Below, piece after piece: positions 31,201-40,837 of a DNA stretch of 64,000 nt (within the stretch, counting starts at the first letter, position 1; each line of letters starts with the position of its first letter). The notes beneath the pieces were generated by a model. It worked only from the letters and a program-made list of their open reading frames with translations. It ran no database searches and was not told the origin of the DNA. This DNA is from an uncultured Acidobacteriota bacterium (GTDB lineage Bacteria > Acidobacteriota > UBA6911), in contig CAWHCF010000047.1 of the NCBI GenBank assembly GCA_963827655.1, positions 32,001 through 96,000 of the forward strand, given 5' to 3'. The position numbers and the translations under genes were made by a program.

Positions 31201-34200
31201 GTGAGCCTTCCCCCGCGCCTGATAGGCCCCGAGCCCCTCTCGGACGCGGACGCGCGTGTCTTGCGACTCACCTCGCGCCAGACCTGGCGCTTCTTCGAAG
31301 TCTTTGCGGGTTCGGAAGACCACGGCTTGCCTCCGGACAATCTGCAGGAAGATCCCCGGCCGGTAGTGGCCCACCGGACCTCTCCTACCAATATTGGCCT
31401 GTATCTGCTCTCGATCTCGGCGGCCCGCGATTTCGGATGGGTCGGGACCGCGGAATGCGTCGATCGTCTCGACGCTACGCTCGCCACCATGGGAACGCTG
31501 GAGCGATTCCGGGGACATTTCTACAACTGGTACGAGACTCGAGATCTCAGGCCACTCGAGCCCAAATATGTTTCAACGGTCGACAGCGGGAACCTGGCAG
31601 GCCACCTGATCACCCTGCAGAACGCCTGTCGGGAAATGATGGACCAGCCATTGCTGGGGCGCCGCGCTCTCTCGGGAATCGAGGATGCGCTCCTGCTCGT
31701 GCGCCAGGCCGAGTCCGCCATCAAGGACCATCACCGAACTCAAACCGTGACGCGCAAGGATTTGGACGATGCCCTGGAAGGACTCCACGAGCTTCTTGGC
31801 GCGCTCCCGGTGACACCGTCCGACTGGGCGGAGCGCTTCGCGCAACTGGAAACGCGGGCCAACACCCTGGTCGACATCGCGCGCACTCTGACGGAGGAAC
31901 GGGGCGAGAGCGGGAATCTCGAGGTTTTGAACTGGGCCGAGGCTGCGCGAGCCTGCATCGCCAGCCATGGGCGCGACCTCGATCTGATGTTTCCGTGGGC
32001 AAAACTTCTCCGGGAAGGCGCCGGCCCCGAGTTGCCAGCGGAAGTCCGGCAAATGCTCGCTTCCGTGACCACGCCGGCCGAAACGCCCGATCACTGTGTG
32101 GCGGCCCTGCGCGAGCTGGAAGTTTTTCGCGAGCAAGTGGGCAACATGAATCCGGTGGGGGCCCGCGTTATCCCGTATCTCGACGAACTTGCGCGCGGCC
32201 TCGAAAACTCCGCCGCGGCCAGCAAGGTGCTCGCCCATCGGCTGGCAGCCCACGCCCGGCTCTGCGGAGAAATGGCCGACGCGATGGAGTTCGACTTTCT
32301 CTTTGACGAAGAGCGCAAGCTCTTTTCCATAGGCTTCCGCGTATCGGACGGCCGTCTCGACTCGGGGCATTACGACTTGCTGGCTTCGGAAGCCCGGCTG
32401 GCCAGTTTCATCGCCATCGCCAAAGGCGACGTTCCTTCGTCTCACTGGTTCCAGCTTAGCCGTCCCTTGACGCCGGTCGGCAAGGGGTCAGCGCTGATCT
32501 CCTGGTCAGGGTCCATGTTTGAATACTTGATGCCCTTGTTAGTCATGCGCTCTCACACCCGCAGCATGCTGGATCAGACTTACCGGCTGGTAGTGCGACG
32601 CCAGATAAAGTATGGCGCCGAGCGGGGAGTCCCGTGGGGCGTGTCGGAATCAGCTTTCAGCGCGCGCGATCTGGCACTGACCTATCAGTACTCGAATTTC
32701 GGCGTACCAGGCCTCGGGCTCAAACGCGGCCTGAGCGAAGACATCGTCATTGCCCCCTATGCGACAGCGCTGGCAGCGATGGTCGATCCTGCAGCGGCGG
32801 TGCGCAACTTTACCCGGCTTGCCGAAGAGGGCGCCGCCGGACGGTATGGATTCTACGAAGCGCTGGATTACACGGCATCGCGGCTGCCAGAGGGGAAAAA
32901 GGTGGTCGTGGTGCGCGCTTATATGGCGCACCATCAGGGCATGTCGATCGTCGCAATCGCTAACGTGCTGCGCGATGGGGTGATGCGCGAGCGCTTTCAT
33001 GCGGAGCCTATGATTCAGGCAACGGAGCTGCTGCTTCAGGAAACCACGCCGCGAGGGGTTGCCGTTGCCAGGCCTCGGGCCGAAGAAGTGAAGGCCGCCG
33101 TCGATGTGCGCGATCTGGTGCCGCCGGTGCTGCGCCGCTTCAGATCTCCGCACGATCTGATTCCGCGTACCCATCTTCTTACCAACGGCCAGTATGTCGT
33201 CATGATGACTGCGGCCGGCTCGGGATACAGCCGCTGGCGCGACCTTGCGATCACGCGGTGGCGCGAGGACGTCACTCGTGATTGCTGGGGATCCTACGTC
33301 TTTCTGCGCGATGCCGAAAGCGGCGAAGTCTGGTCTGCGGGATACCACCCGAGCGGCGCCGAACCGGATCACTATGAAGTGGTCTTTTCCGAGGATCGTG
33401 CGGAAATTCACCGGAGGGATGGAGCGCTTTCTACAACACTCGAGGTGCTGGTCTCACCCGAAGATGATGCCGAAGTCCGGCGTGTGTCCATCAGGAACTT
33501 CGGGTCGCGCCCCCGCATCGTTGAGCTGACGTCGTACGCTGAGGTCGTGCTGGCGCCTCCGGCCGGCGACGCCGCGCACCCGGCGTTCTCGAATCTCTTT
33601 GTACAAACCGAGTTCGTTCCCGATCTTGCGGCATTGCTCGCTACGCGGCGCCCGCGTTCGCCCAGCGAGACGCGCGTCTGGGCGGGTCACGTAGTTATCG
33701 TCGAAGGGGAGACCCTTGCCGGCGTTCAATACGAGACCGATCGGGCCCGCTTTTTGGGCCGGGGCCGCGAAATACGCAATCCGGTTTCCGTGATAGACGG
33801 CAGGCCTCTCTCGAACACCGCAGGGTCCGTGCTCGATCCAATTCTGAGCCTCCGACGGCGGGTTCGGATTGCGCCCGGCTCCACGGCGCGAGTGGTCTTT
33901 TCGACTTTCATCGCGCCGTCACGCGAGGTCGCGCTCGACCTGGCCGATAAATACAGGGATCTGGCGACGTTCGAACGGGCTGCCACGCTGGCCTGGACTC
34001 AGGCCCAGGTCCAGCTTCGTCATCTTCGCATCGGCACCGACGAAGCCCACCTCTTCCAGCGGATCGCCAATCGCATTCTCTACTCAGATCCATCATTGAG
34101 ACCTTCGTCCGAAGTTCTCCGGCGCAATGAGCGCGGGCCCTCGGCCCTCTGGCAGCACGGAATCTCGGGCGACCTCCCGATTGTTCTGGTGCACATCGAT

Positions 34201-37005
34201 GAGTCCGGCGATCGGGAGATTGTTCGCCAGTTGCTCCATGCCCATGAATACTGGCGGATGAAGCGGCTCGCCGTCGACCTGGTCATACTGAACGAGCAAC
34301 CGACATCATACGCCCAGGAACTGCAGGCTGCGCTCGAAGCTCTGAAGCGAGCCAGCCAGTCAGCTTCTCGCCACGAGGAGCACGAACCGCACGGGAAGGT
34401 ATTCATTCTGAGAGCGGACCTTCTTTCCGCGGCTGACCGCGACCTGCTCCGAACCGTGGCCCGCGCCGTCCTCCTGGGACGTCAGGGAAGCCTCGCCGAG
34501 CAGGTCGTCCGGCTGATCCGGGCTCCCAATACGCCTCTGCCTCCACCCCGCGTCGCTGCGGCGAGGCCCCTTGCTGAAGTTCCCCCGCCGCGGCCGGAAC
34601 TGGAGTTTTTTAACGGCCTGGGCGGTTTCGCGTCTGGAGGGCGCGAGTACGTTACCATCCTGGGAGAGGGGCAATGGACGCCGGCGCCCTGGATCAATGT
34701 CATTGCGAATGAGTCATTCGGCTTCCAGGTCTCCGAGCTGGGCTCGGGTTACACGTGGTCTCTGAACAGCCGGGAAAACCAGATCACGCCGTGGTCGAAC
34801 GATCCGGTCACCGATCCTCCTGGAGAGGCCATCTATATTAAAGATGAAGAAACCGGGGAGATCTGGGGACCCACAGCGCTTCCGATCCGCGAAGACGCAT
34901 GGCCCTATGTTGCGCGGCATGGCCAGGGCTATAGCCGGTTCGAACACGTGTCCCACGGCATCGCCCTCGAACTGCTGCAGTTCGTTCCGCTGCAAGATCC
35001 AATCAAGATTTCCCGGCTCGTCGTGGAAAATCGCACCCCTCGCCCAAGACGGCTATCCGTGACCGCATATGTAGAGTGGGTCCTCGGCGTTTCCCGGCCT
35101 GCGTCGGCCCCCTTGATCGTGACCGAGATCGACCAGGACACGGGCGCAATGTTCGCCCGCAACGCCTGGAATAGCGAATTCGGCGAGCGGGTCGCTTTCG
35201 CCGATCTCGGCGGGCGCCAGACTTCCTGGACCAGCGACCGGACAGAGTTTCTGGGTCGAAACGGAACGCTGGACTATCCTGCGGCGCTGGTTCGACGAGA
35301 ACCTCTGTCGCAAAAAACCGGCGCCGGTTTTGATCCGTGCGGGGTGCTCCAGACCATGCTGGAGCTGCGTCCGAACGCCAGGATCGAGATTCTCTTTTTG
35401 CTGGGCCAGGCTGCCACCAGCCAGGAAGCGCAGCAGTTGATCGTGCGTTACCGGGACCAGGCGGTTGAGACCAGCCTGCGCCCCGTCATCGATCGATGGG
35501 ATGACATCCTGGGCGCGCTCGAGGTCAAGACCCCCGACCGATCGCTCGACATCATGTTGAACCGGTGGCTGCTCTACCAGACGCTCGCGTGCAGGGTTTG
35601 GGCCCGATCGGCCTTTTATCAGGCGAGCGGCGCCTACGGTTTCCGCGACCAGTTGCAGGATGTCATCGCGCTGACGGTCGCGACACGGCAAATCACGCGC
35701 GAACACTTGCTGCGAGCCGCAGCGCGGCAGTTCGTCGAGGGTGACGTTCAGCACTGGTGGCATCCACCTTCGGGCCGCGGAGTCCGAACCCGGATTTCGG
35801 ACGACCTTCTCTGGCTTCCTTATGCGGTGGCTCACTACATCGAGGTCACCGGCGATAAGGCCATTCTCGATGAATTTGTTTCCTTTCTGGAAGGCGCGCC
35901 TCTGGCTGCCGATCAGCACGAATTGTATTTCGAACCCCGGACGGCCGAGATGCCGGGCACTCTGTTCGAGCACTGCGCTCGCGCTCTGGACCGCAGCCTC
36001 TCGGTCGGCAGTCATGGCCTCCCTCTGATGGGCTCGGGAGACTGGAATGACGGCATGAATCGAGTAGGACACCAGGGAAAGGGCGAGAGCGTGTGGCTCG
36101 GCTGGTTCCTGTACGCGACGCTACAAAAATTCATACCGCTGGCCGAGGCCGCGCGCGAGTCTCGGCGGGCGGAAAGCTGGCGTCGCCACGTCGCCTCGCT
36201 CAAACAGGCGCTCGAGAGGGCCTGGGATGGCGACTGGTACCGCCGTGCCTACTTCGACGATGGCACGCCGCTAGGCTCGGCCACCAATTCCGAATGCCGG
36301 ATTGATTCGATTGCCCAATCCTGGGGCATCATCTCGGCCGCGGCGGACCGGGCGCGGGGCGCGCGGGCCATGGCCGCGGTCGAGGAATATCTGGTTCGCC
36401 GCGGTGACGGCCTGGTGCTGCTCTTCACTCCCCCCTTTGATCGAATCCCGCTCGATCCGGGTTACATCAAAGGCTACCTTCCGGGAGTCCGTGAAAACGG
36501 CGGGCAATATACCCATGCGGCGATCTGGTCGACCGTCGCGTTTGCCATGCTGGGCGACGGCGACAAGGCCGGAGAACTCTTTACGATCTTGAACCCTATC
36601 AATCATGCAAGCACTCGCGCGGGCGTCCATCGTTACAAGGTCGAACCTTACGTGGTTGCCGGCGATATCTACGCCGAGCCGCCGCATGTCGGCCGCGGCG
36701 GATGGACCTGGTATACAGGGTCGGCGGGTTGGATGTACCAGGCTGGAATTCAGTGGATCCTCGGGTTTCGTCTGAAGGGGGCCCGGCTCCTCATCGATCC
36801 CTGCATTCCACGCGCATGGCGGGACTTCGAGATCAAATTCGCGTACCACTCCGCCAGATACGAAATTCTAGTGGAAAACCCTCGCGGCGCGACGCGCGGA
36901 ATCTCCTCGATCGAGATTGACGGAAAAACACTCGCGAGCGGCGTGAACGAGATTGAGCTGGCTGACGACGGCGTGACGCATCAGGTGCGCGTGATTCTCG
37001 GGTGA
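28264..37005 (+). CDS. ndvB: Cyclic beta-1,2-glucan synthase (NdvB/ChvB/Cgs; GT84 plus GH94 domains)
   Basis: 2913 aa; WERKRGKL, GKGIYDVDAF, SHDLFEG, RQHRWARGDWQ, YQASGAYGFRDQLQD, GDWNDGMN, ENGGQYTH. Confidence 0.95.
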   Translation: MKNSHSSVVILGELEEPIRAELFSVERLEQHAESLAAAQHVTPDPRKGRPLAGRVRENGRVLLDCYRVIAAAIREERAITPAAEWLVDNFHIVDEQLREIREDLPLSYYRELPKLAGGHLEGYPRVYGIAWAFVAHSDSRFDPEALRRFVRAYQRVQPLSIGELWAIAINLRVMLVENLRRLAEGIVERRAARQEADALADRLLGLIDKPAERADAVLRKYEGEALSMAFAVQLVQRLRDQDPDVIPALLWLDERLAESGTTADEIVRLEHQRQAAMNVTVRNIITSMREMSAFDWSEFFESVSLVDEILRDGSDFAAMNFATRDRYRHAIEDLARGSKLSELEIARRAVERAQRARRDTGQAPDARREDPGYYLISKGRVSFEKETGFRVSWRHRLIRAYVGMATPAYLGTIAILTGLILTLPLLTGIEPWSSRSGLLLFAFLALIPASELAIALVNRFLLELFAPRPLPKLELRDGIPPGLRTMVVVPTIFTSEAQARELIERLEVHYLANPQGDLRFALLSDWADAHNETMPGDEELLAAAIEGIEQLNLHHGPAPEGGERFLLFHRKRVWNAREGKWIGWERKRGKLHELNRLLRGATDTTFLPVGDQPAEAPSGVRYVITLDSDTKFPRETARRLVSTMAHPLNRPRFDARRGRVVEGYGVMQPRVMPALPGDREESVFHLIFAGPCGVDPYAAAVSDIYQDLFGEGSYTGKGIYDVDAFETALTGRVPENALLSHDLFEGLFARAGLVTDIELFEDFPSHYQLAALRQHRWARGDWQLLPWIFGRASRSISWIGRWKMLDNLRRSLFAPAALLTLIAGWTLPFASSAVWTHFIVGTIAFPPLFHFVTGLLPPRRGISKRSHLRTLMTDLTIAASQLALTVAFLAHQAWLMADAILRTLARLFWTRRRLLEWVTAARAKAGLSLDLAAFYRHMAAAVAISGGVATVVALNRLDAWQEAAPMLLLWAFSPAVARWVSLPPRLIGPEPLSDADARVLRLTSRQTWRFFEVFAGSEDHGLPPDNLQEDPRPVVAHRTSPTNIGLYLLSISAARDFGWVGTAECVDRLDATLATMGTLERFRGHFYNWYETRDLRPLEPKYVSTVDSGNLAGHLITLQNACREMMDQPLLGRRALSGIEDALLLVRQAESAIKDHHRTQTVTRKDLDDALEGLHELLGALPVTPSDWAERFAQLETRANTLVDIARTLTEERGESGNLEVLNWAEAARACIASHGRDLDLMFPWAKLLREGAGPELPAEVRQMLASVTTPAETPDHCVAALRELEVFREQVGNMNPVGARVIPYLDELARGLENSAAASKVLAHRLAAHARLCGEMADAMEFDFLFDEERKLFSIGFRVSDGRLDSGHYDLLASEARLASFIAIAKGDVPSSHWFQLSRPLTPVGKGSALISWSGSMFEYLMPLLVMRSHTRSMLDQTYRLVVRRQIKYGAERGVPWGVSESAFSARDLALTYQYSNFGVPGLGLKRGLSEDIVIAPYATALAAMVDPAAAVRNFTRLAEEGAAGRYGFYEALDYTASRLPEGKKVVVVRAYMAHHQGMSIVAIANVLRDGVMRERFHAEPMIQATELLLQETTPRGVAVARPRAEEVKAAVDVRDLVPPVLRRFRSPHDLIPRTHLLTNGQYVVMMTAAGSGYSRWRDLAITRWREDVTRDCWGSYVFLRDAESGEVWSAGYHPSGAEPDHYEVVFSEDRAEIHRRDGALSTTLEVLVSPEDDAEVRRVSIRNFGSRPRIVELTSYAEVVLAPPAGDAAHPAFSNLFVQTEFVPDLAALLATRRPRSPSETRVWAGHVVIVEGETLAGVQYETDRARFLGRGREIRNPVSVIDGRPLSNTAGSVLDPILSLRRRVRIAPGSTARVVFSTFIAPSREVALDLADKYRDLATFERAATLAWTQAQVQLRHLRIGTDEAHLFQRIANRILYSDPSLRPSSEVLRRNERGPSALWQHGISGDLPIVLVHIDESGDREIVRQLLHAHEYWRMKRLAVDLVILNEQPTSYAQELQAALEALKRASQSASRHEEHEPHGKVFILRADLLSAADRDLLRTVARAVLLGRQGSLAEQVVRLIRAPNTPLPPPRVAAARPLAEVPPPRPELEFFNGLGGFASGGREYVTILGEGQWTPAPWINVIANESFGFQVSELGSGYTWSLNSRENQITPWSNDPVTDPPGEAIYIKDEETGEIWGPTALPIREDAWPYVARHGQGYSRFEHVSHGIALELLQFVPLQDPIKISRLVVENRTPRPRRLSVTAYVEWVLGVSRPASAPLIVTEIDQDTGAMFARNAWNSEFGERVAFADLGGRQTSWTSDRTEFLGRNGTLDYPAALVRREPLSQKTGAGFDPCGVLQTMLELRPNARIEILFLLGQAATSQEAQQLIVRYRDQAVETSLRPVIDRWDDILGALEVKTPDRSLDIMLNRWLLYQTLACRVWARSAFYQASGAYGFRDQLQDVIALTVATRQITREHLLRAAARQFVEGDVQHWWHPPSGRGVRTRISDDLLWLPYAVAHYIEVTGDKAILDEFVSFLEGAPLAADQHELYFEPRTAEMPGTLFEHCARALDRSLSVGSHGLPLMGSGDWNDGMNRVGHQGKGESVWLGWFLYATLQKFIPLAEAARESRRAESWRRHVASLKQALERAWDGDWYRRAYFDDGTPLGSATNSECRIDSIAQSWGIISAAADRARGARAMAAVEEYLVRRGDGLVLLFTPPFDRIPLDPGYIKGYLPGVRENGGQYTHAAIWSTVAFAMLGDGDKAGELFTILNPINHASTRAGVHRYKVEPYVVAGDIYAEPPHVGRGGWTWYTGSAGWMYQAGIQWILGFRLKGARLLIDPCIPRAWRDFEIKFAYHSARYEILVENPRGATRGISSIEIDGKTLASGVNEIELADDGVTHQVRVILG

Positions 37006-37118
37006 CCGTAGCACGCGGCGTTGGGGCATCCGCGACGTGGTTGATTTCCAGATGTCGCCTGCGAGGTTGCCACCGTGCATCGAAAAACTAATTGAGGCGC
37101 AACCGACGCGACAGCTCT

Positions 37119-37237
37119 TCACAGCACTTCAAATTTCCGGTTCCGCGCCCACTTGTAAACGCTGAAGTCCCTGTCGAACGTGACGATTCGGGGCTCCGGT
37201 GGATCTCGGCGCACCGGATGAGACATGCGTCAGCGAA
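37119..37237 (-). pseudogene. C-terminal relic of a PIN-domain (VapC-type) toxin
   Basis: FADACLIRCAEIHR / EPRIVTFDRDFSVYKWARNRKFEVL* with one frameshift; truncated at a repeat. Confidence 0.7.
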
Positions 37238-37278
37238 GACTCGAAGAAACGCTAAAAGGAAGGGTGATGACTTTCGTT

Positions 37279-37387
37279 CAGTGGGTAGTCGGCAGTTGGC
37301 AGTGAAGGGTTGTCAGATTAGATGCTTGCCTAACCCTATCCCCCTTTGGCGCGCTTTCTTTCACTGCCAACAGCGGACCACCCATTG
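37279..37387. repeat. Degenerate inverted heptamer pair of GGCAGTT type
   Basis: CAGTGGGTAGTCGGCAGTTGGCAGTGAA ... TTCACTGCCAACAGCGGACCACCCATTG. Confidence 0.65.
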
Positions 37388-37460
37388 CCGCGTGTCACGC
37401 CAATGAGCTATGGATTTCTTTACATCCTGGCGTCTTCGTGTCCTTGGCAGTTAGGAAAAG

Positions 37461-37475
37461 GCAACAGCCGTGCCA
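37461..37475 (-). promoter_or_regulatory. Orphan sigma-54 promoter consensus
   Basis: TGGCACGGCTGTTGC, a perfect TGGCAC-N5-TTGC, with no intact gene downstream. Confidence 0.5.
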
Positions 37476-37610
37476 GGTAGTCGAGATCAACAAAAAGGCC
37501 AAGTAATTGCAATTACAAGAGGAATAAGAGAGTTTCGAGTGTCCGACAACAGCGAAAAGCCAGGACGCCCGACGGATGCCGGGCTCAAGGACGCGAAGAA
37601 AGGTTCTGCT

Positions 37611-38753
37611 TTACCCGCCTCTCTTGATGGTAATGTTTCCGTTGATCGTCTCGATACGGATACGATGCTTCCCCCCACCGGACACGCCCGTGCCGTAAAT
37701 GAATTTCCTGGGCGATCCCTTGGAATAATCCCAATTAGGAGTATCTCGAATCTGGAGTGGAAAATCGCTGGCGATCGTGTAGTTCTGTTTGCTGTTCCGG
37801 GTATACGCCAGCTCGAGGTCAAACTGGACCGAAAGGCCGGCAGGCAAGGTCAAAGTAATCTCCCCTCCCTTGGAAGAAATATTCGCACTCCGCCGCGTCC
37901 CGTTCTCGGCGCCGGTCATGTTCACCGAAACATTTCCTCCCATGGTCTCGGCCTCGACCCAGCCATCGATGGCCTGGATCCTGATGTCGCCGCCCATCGT
38001 CTTTGCTTTAACAAATCTCCCGGCGCGCCCGACGTTGACGTCGCCACCCATGGTCGACACGTTGGCGCCCAGAGGAGCATCGTCCACCCGAATCTCGCCC
38101 CCCATGGTAGAAATATTCACTTCCTCCCCCACCGAGTCCGGCGGGCCCGAAGACCGCGACGAAGCCAGTCTGCGCACGTTCCTGTAGACTACATTCCCGC
38201 CCATGGACGAGCCTTTCACATTTCCAATCACGTCCTCGAACACCACCTTGCCCCCCATGGTGCTGAGCGTGCCATCCACTTCCGAGTTGGTGAGGTTGAT
38301 CTCCCCCCCCATGGTTGAAAGGTCCAAATCTCCCTTGATGTTTGACAGCCGCAGCTCTCCTCCCATGGTTTTGCCGCTCAAGCGTCCGTCGATTTCCGTG
38401 ATCCGGATGGCTCCGCCCATCGAGTCGATCGCTACGTCAAACCGTTTTGGAACGCTGACATCGAATTCCAGACTCGCGCTGTTGTCTTGCTGGTGGATGT
38501 ACCGGGAGGTCACCTGCACCCCGGCGCTTGTCTGTTCGAACTCGACCGTCGCGTTTTTGCCGTCCCTTCCCTTTAATAGACCATCAACGGAAACAACCGG
38601 TCGGTCCCATCCGGTTATTCGGATCTCCCCCCCCGTTTTAAGCGTAAGGGTTAGCTTCTGACCTGGCGAGACATTGAAGGACCGCCGGATCGTCTCCTGA
38701 GCAAGAGCCAGGCTCCATGAAAGTGCCATCAGGCACAGAAGCATTCTTTTCAT
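37611..38753 (-). CDS. DUF4097 beta-strand-repeat secreted protein
   Basis: Signal peptide MKRMLLCLMALSWSLALAQ; many (T/S)MGG repeats. Confidence 0.85.
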   Translation of the reverse strand: MKRMLLCLMALSWSLALAQETIRRSFNVSPGQKLTLTLKTGGEIRITGWDRPVVSVDGLLKGRDGKNATVEFEQTSAGVQVTSRYIHQQDNSASLEFDVSVPKRFDVAIDSMGGAIRITEIDGRLSGKTMGGELRLSNIKGDLDLSTMGGEINLTNSEVDGTLSTMGGKVVFEDVIGNVKGSSMGGNVVYRNVRRLASSRSSGPPDSVGEEVNISTMGGEIRVDDAPLGANVSTMGGDVNVGRAGRFVKAKTMGGDIRIQAIDGWVEAETMGGNVSVNMTGAENGTRRSANISSKGGEITLTLPAGLSVQFDLELAYTRNSKQNYTIASDFPLQIRDTPNWDYSKGSPRKFIYGTGVSGGGKHRIRIETINGNITIKRGG

Positions 38754-38894
38754 CGTTGGACTCCGTTCTGTTGCACCTTTGATTACTCCGGGCCGAAAGA
38801 TCGGCGAAACGATTCCTCGGTGTTCCGTCGCGGTCAGCGCTACGAAACAAATGCCACCAGGACCCAAAGACACCAAGGGCCCTTGGGTGGCCTC

Positions 38895-39794
38895 TTACTG
38901 CACGTACGCAGCCGCCCGCGCGCGAAGCGGCGCGTCCTCTCCGGAGCGAAGCTCCTGAATGACACCTTTCAGAGTCTCCGGCTGGAGCTGATCAACCAGG
39001 TAATCCAGGGCTGCGAGGCGCATCTGAACCGATTCTTCTTGCCGTAAGACCTTCAAGAAGGCGCCCTGAATCTCCGGATCCTTCTTCTGGGGCGCCAGGA
39101 TCGATTGGGCTTTAAGCCGGACAGCCACGCTCGGATCGTTGAGCATCGAAAAGAGCAAGGCTTCTTTCAGCTCGGGTCCCATGAGGTTTTCGGCGAAGGA
39201 GATCGCCTTGAGACGGGTGCCCACCGAAGACGGGTTCAGCAAAGCCTGAATCAGTGTCTCCTTGACCAGTGGATCGTCCTTCGCGGCGGTCAGATCCACT
39301 CGCGTGGTAACGTCGAAGCTTAATGCAACCGTGCCTTCGCCCATATTTCTGAAGGAGATATTGGAGTACGTGTAGGGGGACGCTTCCACATCGGCCAGCT
39401 GCTTGTTTTCGCGCGCTTCACGACGAATCTGGGCGAGTAGGACGCTCTCTTTCGCTGATTGCCAGAAGTAGCCGATCGCGAATCCTGCGACAAGCAACGA
39501 AGCAGCAATGCCAAGGCCCAATGCCGGTGCGGACGTGAGACGCGCCCACATTCCGGGCCTCGGGCTACTCTCCCGCGGTGGCAGGGCGCGAAGAACGGAG
39601 CGCCGCAGGTCGTTGAAGTCAAGCTCACCGGGGACCACCAGCTCGCACCCCGTCAGAGAGGCGTTCAGGGTGATCAGCTCCCGGCAATCTTTACAGTGCC
39701 GGCCGTGGTCCAGCAAAGCCTCCTTCTCGTGGAGTGCCAACTCGCCGGCCAGCAACTTCTTAACTAACGGTTCGTATTCTGTGCACTGGTTCAT
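38895..39794 (-). CDS. Anti-sigma factor (zf-HC2, TM, HEAT repeats)
   Basis: HGRHCKDC, TM helix, LNDPSVAVRLKA repeats; overlaps the sigma gene. Confidence 0.85.
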   Translation of the reverse strand: MNQCTEYEPLVKKLLAGELALHEKEALLDHGRHCKDCRELITLNASLTGCELVVPGELDFNDLRRSVLRALPPRESSPRPGMWARLTSAPALGLGIAASLLVAGFAIGYFWQSAKESVLLAQIRREARENKQLADVEASPYTYSNISFRNMGEGTVALSFDVTTRVDLTAAKDDPLVKETLIQALLNPSSVGTRLKAISFAENLMGPELKEALLFSMLNDPSVAVRLKAQSILAPQKKDPEIQGAFLKVLRQEESVQMRLAALDYLVDQLQPETLKGVIQELRSGEDAPLRARAAAYVQ

Positions 39795-40347
39795 TGAAGA
39801 TTCCCGCCGAATGTCGGCCCAGGTTTTCCCTCAGCCGACGCACGCTTCTGAATAGGATGTTCTTGACCAGACCCTCACTGCATTTCAGGACTGAAGCGAT
39901 TTCCTGGATTGACATACCGTTAAAGTATCGGAGTATGACAACCAGCCGTTGTTTGCGACTGAGGTGGAAGAGGCTCTTGACCAGCATCGTCCGGCTCTCC
40001 TTGCCGAGTAATTCACCCTCCTGGTCGCCGGCGCTCGAGACCAGGATGCAGTCGTCAACCTGTTCATAATTCAAATGCTTTCGATGCTTGCGGATCCAGT
40101 TCAAACTTTCGTGGTAAGTGATCCGGGTAAGCCAGGTCTTGAACCTATCGCTTGCCCGCAAGGATCCGAGGTTCTCGTAGACCTTCAGAAAGACGTTCTG
40201 CGAAATATCGAGGGCGTGCTCGCGACCCCACCCATAGCCAAGGGCAATCTTGTAGACTAGCTTCTGGTGGCGCACCATCAGCTCGTCGAAAGCCTGGAGC
40301 GAACCCGAGAGGGATTCCTCTATTAGCGCACGGTCACTTCTCTCCAA
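39760..40347 (-). CDS. ECF RNA polymerase sigma factor
   Basis: DISQNVFLKVY, FKTWLTRI, region 4 SIQEIASVLKCSEGLVKNILFR; probable TTG start. Confidence 0.92.
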   Translation of the reverse strand: MERSDRALIEESLSGSLQAFDELMVRHQKLVYKIALGYGWGREHALDISQNVFLKVYENLGSLRASDRFKTWLTRITYHESLNWIRKHRKHLNYEQVDDCILVSSAGDQEGELLGKESRTMLVKSLFHLSRKQRLVVILRYFNGMSIQEIASVLKCSEGLVKNILFRSVRRLRENLGRHSAGIFNEPVHRIRTVS

Positions 40348-40770
40348 AGGTAACCCCTTCCTACCTCTATCAGACAATGAAGACCGCAAGAAGTTAGCAT
40401 ACTGGTCGGTCTTGAGTCGCCCGGGGACCTCATGCCGAGAGCTGCGGGCAGCGTGGCCGCTTGGTTCCCCAAAAAGACGGGGCCCGGTGGGAACAAAGTA
40501 ACTCAAGATTTGTCTAAACTGTTCCGAATACACCTGGCGATGTTGTTTATAAAACCCATGATTCTCAGTGCATAGAGATCGGACCGGGAAGAAAGGCAAG
40601 CCGCGTTGCGTCTCAGGTAAAGTCCGGTGTTCAAGAGGGCTTCGCAAAGACACCAGCCACCAAAAACGCGAAGATTTTCCGGGCAACGTAACGCGTATTA
40701 GCTATAATTAGAGGTTTTGGCGAGCCGCAGCCCGCTCCCGCTTTAACCGGAAGCTTGCGCTGGACATTCG

Positions 40771-40797
40771 TGAAACTTTCTAGTCTTTTTACTCGTA
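40771..40797 (+). promoter_or_regulatory. ECF-type (SigW-like) promoter upstream of the MFP gene
   Basis: TGAAAC-N17-CGTA, 40 nt upstream of the ATG. Confidence 0.5.
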
Positions 40798-40837
40798 CTT
40801 ATCTACCCGTACTTATCGGCAGTGTGGAGGGTATTTA

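Noticed and set aside
28499-36920. Many long overlapping ORFs inside ndvB and other genes
   Set aside because: Expected off-frame and antisense ORFs in high-GC DNA.
37640-38700. Repeated CCCATGG motifs as a DNA repeat or DGR target
   Set aside because: Explained by the protein-level (T/S)MGG repeats of DUF4097; no reverse transcriptase is present.
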